Shown piece by piece: positions 29,383 through 32,000 of a stretch of 32,000 nt of DNA. The notes under the pieces were generated by a model, which did no database searches, was not told the DNA's origin, and saw nothing but the letters and a program-made list of their open reading frames with translations. Position 1 is the stretch's first letter. Each line of letters starts with the position of its first letter. The position numbers were made by a program, and so were the translations under genes. Source of the DNA: Candidatus Saccharimonadota bacterium (GTDB lineage: Bacteria > Pseudomonadota > Gammaproteobacteria > Enterobacterales > Enterobacteriaceae); NCBI RefSeq assembly GCF_004296535.1, contig NZ_AP018159.1, positions 150,001-182,000 of the forward strand, given 5' to 3'.

Positions 29383-30639
29383 ATGGATAATATAATTAAA
29401 AAATTAAATAAAAGAGATTTAATATTTCAAATAACAAAAAAAGAGTATTTATTAAAAAATTTTAATAATTTAAATATAAATTTATACTGTGGATTTGATC
29501 CAACATGTGACAGCCTCCATATAGGACATCTTTTATTAATAAAATATATTATTTTTTTTTTAAAAAAAAAATATAACGTAATAATAGTAATAGGGAGTTC
29601 TACATCTTTAATAGGAGATCCTAGTTTTAAAAAAAATATAAATTTTATTAATAATAAATATTTAATAAAAAAATGGGCTTATTCTATAAAAAATCAAATA
29701 TATAAATTAATAAATTTAGAAAAAAAAAAAATTTTAATATTAGATAATAAAAAATGGTTTAATTCTATTAATTTAGTAGATTTTTTAAATAATATAGGTA
29801 ATAAATTTAAAATAAATTATTTATTAAATAAACAATCTATAAAAAATAGATTAAAAAATAATAATTTATCATTTAGAGAATTTTCGTATTCTATTATTCA
29901 AAGTTATGATTTTTTATATTTATATGATAAATATAAAATAAATTTACAAATAGGAGGTTCAGATCAATGGGGAAATATAACATCCGGTATACAACTTATA
30001 AAAAAAATTAGAAAAAAAAATGTATATGGAATAACATTCCCAATATTAACTAAATTAAATGGACATAAATTTAGTAAATCAGATAGTAATAATATATGGT
30101 TAGATAAAACTAAAACTAGTTCATATAATTTTTATCAATTTTTTATTAATATAAATGATAAAGAAGTTAAAAATTATTTAAAATATTTTACAAATATAAA
30201 AATAGAAGATATACATAATATATGTAATTCTAATAAAAAAAATATTATTGCAGGAAAAAAAATAATAGCTAATGAATTAACAAAAATGGTTCATGGAAAA
30301 ACAGAATTAAATATAATTAATAAAATAACAGATAAAATATTTAATACAAATAATTTATTAACAGAGGATGATTTAAATTATTTATATATAAATAATTTTA
30401 ATTTAATAATATTAAATAATTATATTAAATTAAGAGATTTTCTTATAAAATGTAATATATCTAAATCTAATACAGAATCTAATATATTAATTAATCAAGG
30501 TTCTATTAAAATAAATGGTAAAATAAATAATAATATAAAATATATTTTTTCTAAAAATGATATTTTATTTAATAAATATACATTTATAAAAAAAGGTAAA
30601 AAAAATTTTTATTTAATAAAATGGTTAACAATAATATAA
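29383..30639 (+). CDS. tyrS: Tyrosine--tRNA ligase
   Basis: Class I HIGH motif (LHIGHLL), GGSDQWGNI, and KFSKS in place of KMSKS/KFGKT. C-terminal S4-like region. 418 aa. Confidence 0.95.
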   Translation: MDNIIKKLNKRDLIFQITKKEYLLKNFNNLNINLYCGFDPTCDSLHIGHLLLIKYIIFFLKKKYNVIIVIGSSTSLIGDPSFKKNINFINNKYLIKKWAYSIKNQIYKLINLEKKKILILDNKKWFNSINLVDFLNNIGNKFKINYLLNKQSIKNRLKNNNLSFREFSYSIIQSYDFLYLYDKYKINLQIGGSDQWGNITSGIQLIKKIRKKNVYGITFPILTKLNGHKFSKSDSNNIWLDKTKTSSYNFYQFFININDKEVKNYLKYFTNIKIEDIHNICNSNKKNIIAGKKIIANELTKMVHGKTELNIINKITDKIFNTNNLLTEDDLNYLYINNFNLIILNNYIKLRDFLIKCNISKSNTESNILINQGSIKINGKINNNIKYIFSKNDILFNKYTFIKKGKKNFYLIKWLTII

Positions 30640-30656
30640 AAGTATAAAATAAAATA

Positions 30657-30938
30657 ATGAAAATTATAGAAGCTTATATAAAAGAAGAAAAAAATAACAA
30701 TTTATTAAGAAAATTAGGATTTATACCAGCAGTAATATATAAAAAAAATTTTAAAAATATTTTAATAAAAATAAAAGAAAATAATTTATATTTTATTATA
30801 AATTCAAAAATAGAATTATTTAATAATAATTTTATAATAAAAATATATGAAAATAATTTATTAGAAGTTTATATTAAAAAAATACAATATCATCCATTTA
30901 AAAATAAAATTATACATATAGATTTTATTAAAAAATAA
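30657..30938 (+). CDS. rplY: 50S ribosomal protein L25 (short, enterobacterial-type form)
   Basis: 93 aa. LRKLGFIPAVIYKK (cf. LRAANKFPAIIYGG) and IQYHPFKNKIIHIDFIKK (cf. VQRHPYKPKLQHIDFVRA). Confidence 0.85.
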   Translation: MKIIEAYIKEEKNNNLLRKLGFIPAVIYKKNFKNILIKIKENNLYFIINSKIELFNNNFIIKIYENNLLEVYIKKIQYHPFKNKIIHIDFIKK

Positions 30939-30942
30939 TATT

Positions 30943-31800
30943 TTATGAATTAATTATAAATGAATTTAATATATTATTTAATAATATAGAAATAGTTACT
31001 GGACCAATTCCTCCTGGTACAGGAGTAATATATGAAGCTTTATTTACTACACTATTCATATTTACATCACCAACTATTTTATTATTTAATATATTTATTC
31101 CAACATCTATTATTATAGATCCTTTTTTAATATTAAATTTATTATTTATAAAATTAGGAATTCCAACAGCAATTATTAATAAATCCGCTTGTTCTATTAT
31201 TTCTTTTATATATATACAATTTTTATTTACTAATGTTACAGTATATCCATAATTTAATAATTCAATACAAATTGGTTTTCCAATTACATTTGATATCCCT
31301 ATTACTACTGCATATGATTTATTATTCAAAATATTATATTTTTGTAATAAAATTATTATTCCATAAGCTGTACATGGTCTAAAATAAGATTTTTTGTAAC
31401 ATAATTTTCCAAAATTATAAGGATTTAAACAATCTATATCTTTATTACAATTTATATTAGAAACAATATTTAAAGAATTAATATTACTTGGTAATGGAAA
31501 TTGAACTAATATTCCATGTATATTATTATTAATATTTAATAAATTTATTAAACGTATTATGATGCATTCTTTGACATTATAATCAAATTTATATATATAT
31601 ACTCTATATCCTATATATTCTATTTTTTTTATTTTATTCTTTATATATATATTAGATGAAATATTATCACCAACGTATATTATTGCAATTGATGGTATAC
31701 CTAAATATTTTCTACTATTTAAAATTTTTATATATTTATTCTTAATATTTTTATTTAAAATATTAGATATATATTTACCATTTAAAATTTTTGTAATCAT
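30943..31800 (-). CDS. folD: Bifunctional methylenetetrahydrofolate dehydrogenase/cyclohydrolase
   Basis: IAIIYVGDN.SS.IY, RPCTAYGII, ITPVPGGIGPVTISILL motifs. 285 aa. Confidence 0.93.
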   Translation of the reverse strand: MITKILNGKYISNILNKNIKNKYIKILNSRKYLGIPSIAIIYVGDNISSNIYIKNKIKKIEYIGYRVYIYKFDYNVKECIIIRLINLLNINNNIHGILVQFPLPSNINSLNIVSNINCNKDIDCLNPYNFGKLCYKKSYFRPCTAYGIIILLQKYNILNNKSYAVVIGISNVIGKPICIELLNYGYTVTLVNKNCIYIKEIIEQADLLIIAVGIPNFINNKFNIKKGSIIIDVGINILNNKIVGDVNMNSVVNKASYITPVPGGIGPVTISILLNNILNSFIINS

Positions 31801-31850
31801 AAAATATTATTTTTTTATTTTTTTTTTTTTAATATATAATTATTATTAAA

Positions 31851-31925
31851 GCACTCTTAGCTCAGATTGGATAGAGCGTCGGTCTTCTAAATCGTTGGTC
31901 ACAGGTTCGAGTCCTGTAGAGTGCA
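31851..31925 (+). tRNA. tRNA-Arg (anticodon UCU)
   Basis: Acceptor GCACTCT/AGAGTGC, D arm GCTC-AGATTGGATA-GAGC, anticodon loop CTTCTAA, T arm ACAGG-TTCGAGT-CCTGT. No encoded CCA. It stands out as a GC-rich island in AT-only flanks. Confidence 0.9.
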
Positions 31926-32000
31926 TTAAAAAAAGTAAAAAATTATTTTAAATTTATTAAAACAATTTTATTATATTATAAATAATTTTTTAATATATGT

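Noticed and set aside
1-32000. CRISPR arrays, transposases/IS elements, integrases, prophage or defence/toxin-antitoxin systems
   Set aside because: None seen. There are no spaced direct repeats and no long inverted terminal repeats. Every sizeable ORF but one is a recognisable housekeeping gene.
31997-32000. ATG at 31997-31999 as the possible start of the next + strand gene
   Set aside because: Only 4 nt remain in the window, so this cannot be evaluated.

Overview
This window is almost entirely core information-processing genes from an extremely AT-rich, gene-dense bacterial genome. By eye it is roughly 85% A+T; I did not compute this. This is the signature of a highly reduced obligate (insect-type) endosymbiont.

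From 1 to 29304 every gene is on the minus strand. In transcription order they are: mrcB-like class A PBP, dnaK, dnaJ, an orphan 333-aa ORF, recA, a truncated alaS, csrA, five tRNAs (Ser-Arg-Thr-Tyr-Gly), tuf, secE, nusG, rplKAJL, rpoBC, rpsL, rpsG, fusA, rpsJ, rplCDWB, rpsS, rplV, rpsC and the start of rplP. On the right are tyrS and rplY (+), folD (-) and tRNA-Arg(UCU) (+).

The synteny blocks (recA-alaS-csrA-tRNASer-tRNAArg, and tRNAThr-Tyr-Gly-tuf-secE-nusG) point to gammaproteobacterial ancestry. Long conserved proteins read through under the standard code, so UGA does not appear to be reassigned.

I see no CRISPR, mobile elements, toxin or defence genes, or obvious pseudogenes, and no convincing novel multi-gene system. 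The items most worth a second look are:
- the orphan ORF between dnaJ and recA
- an AlaRS reduced to its catalytic core with no editing domain
- an intact bifunctional PBP1b-like gene and csrA retained in such a reduced context
- tRNA genes lacking encoded CCA
- the loss of leader and regulatory spacers
- long homopolymer runs inside essential genes

A Nardonella-like weevil symbiont is my best guess for the lineage. I cannot verify it without a database search.
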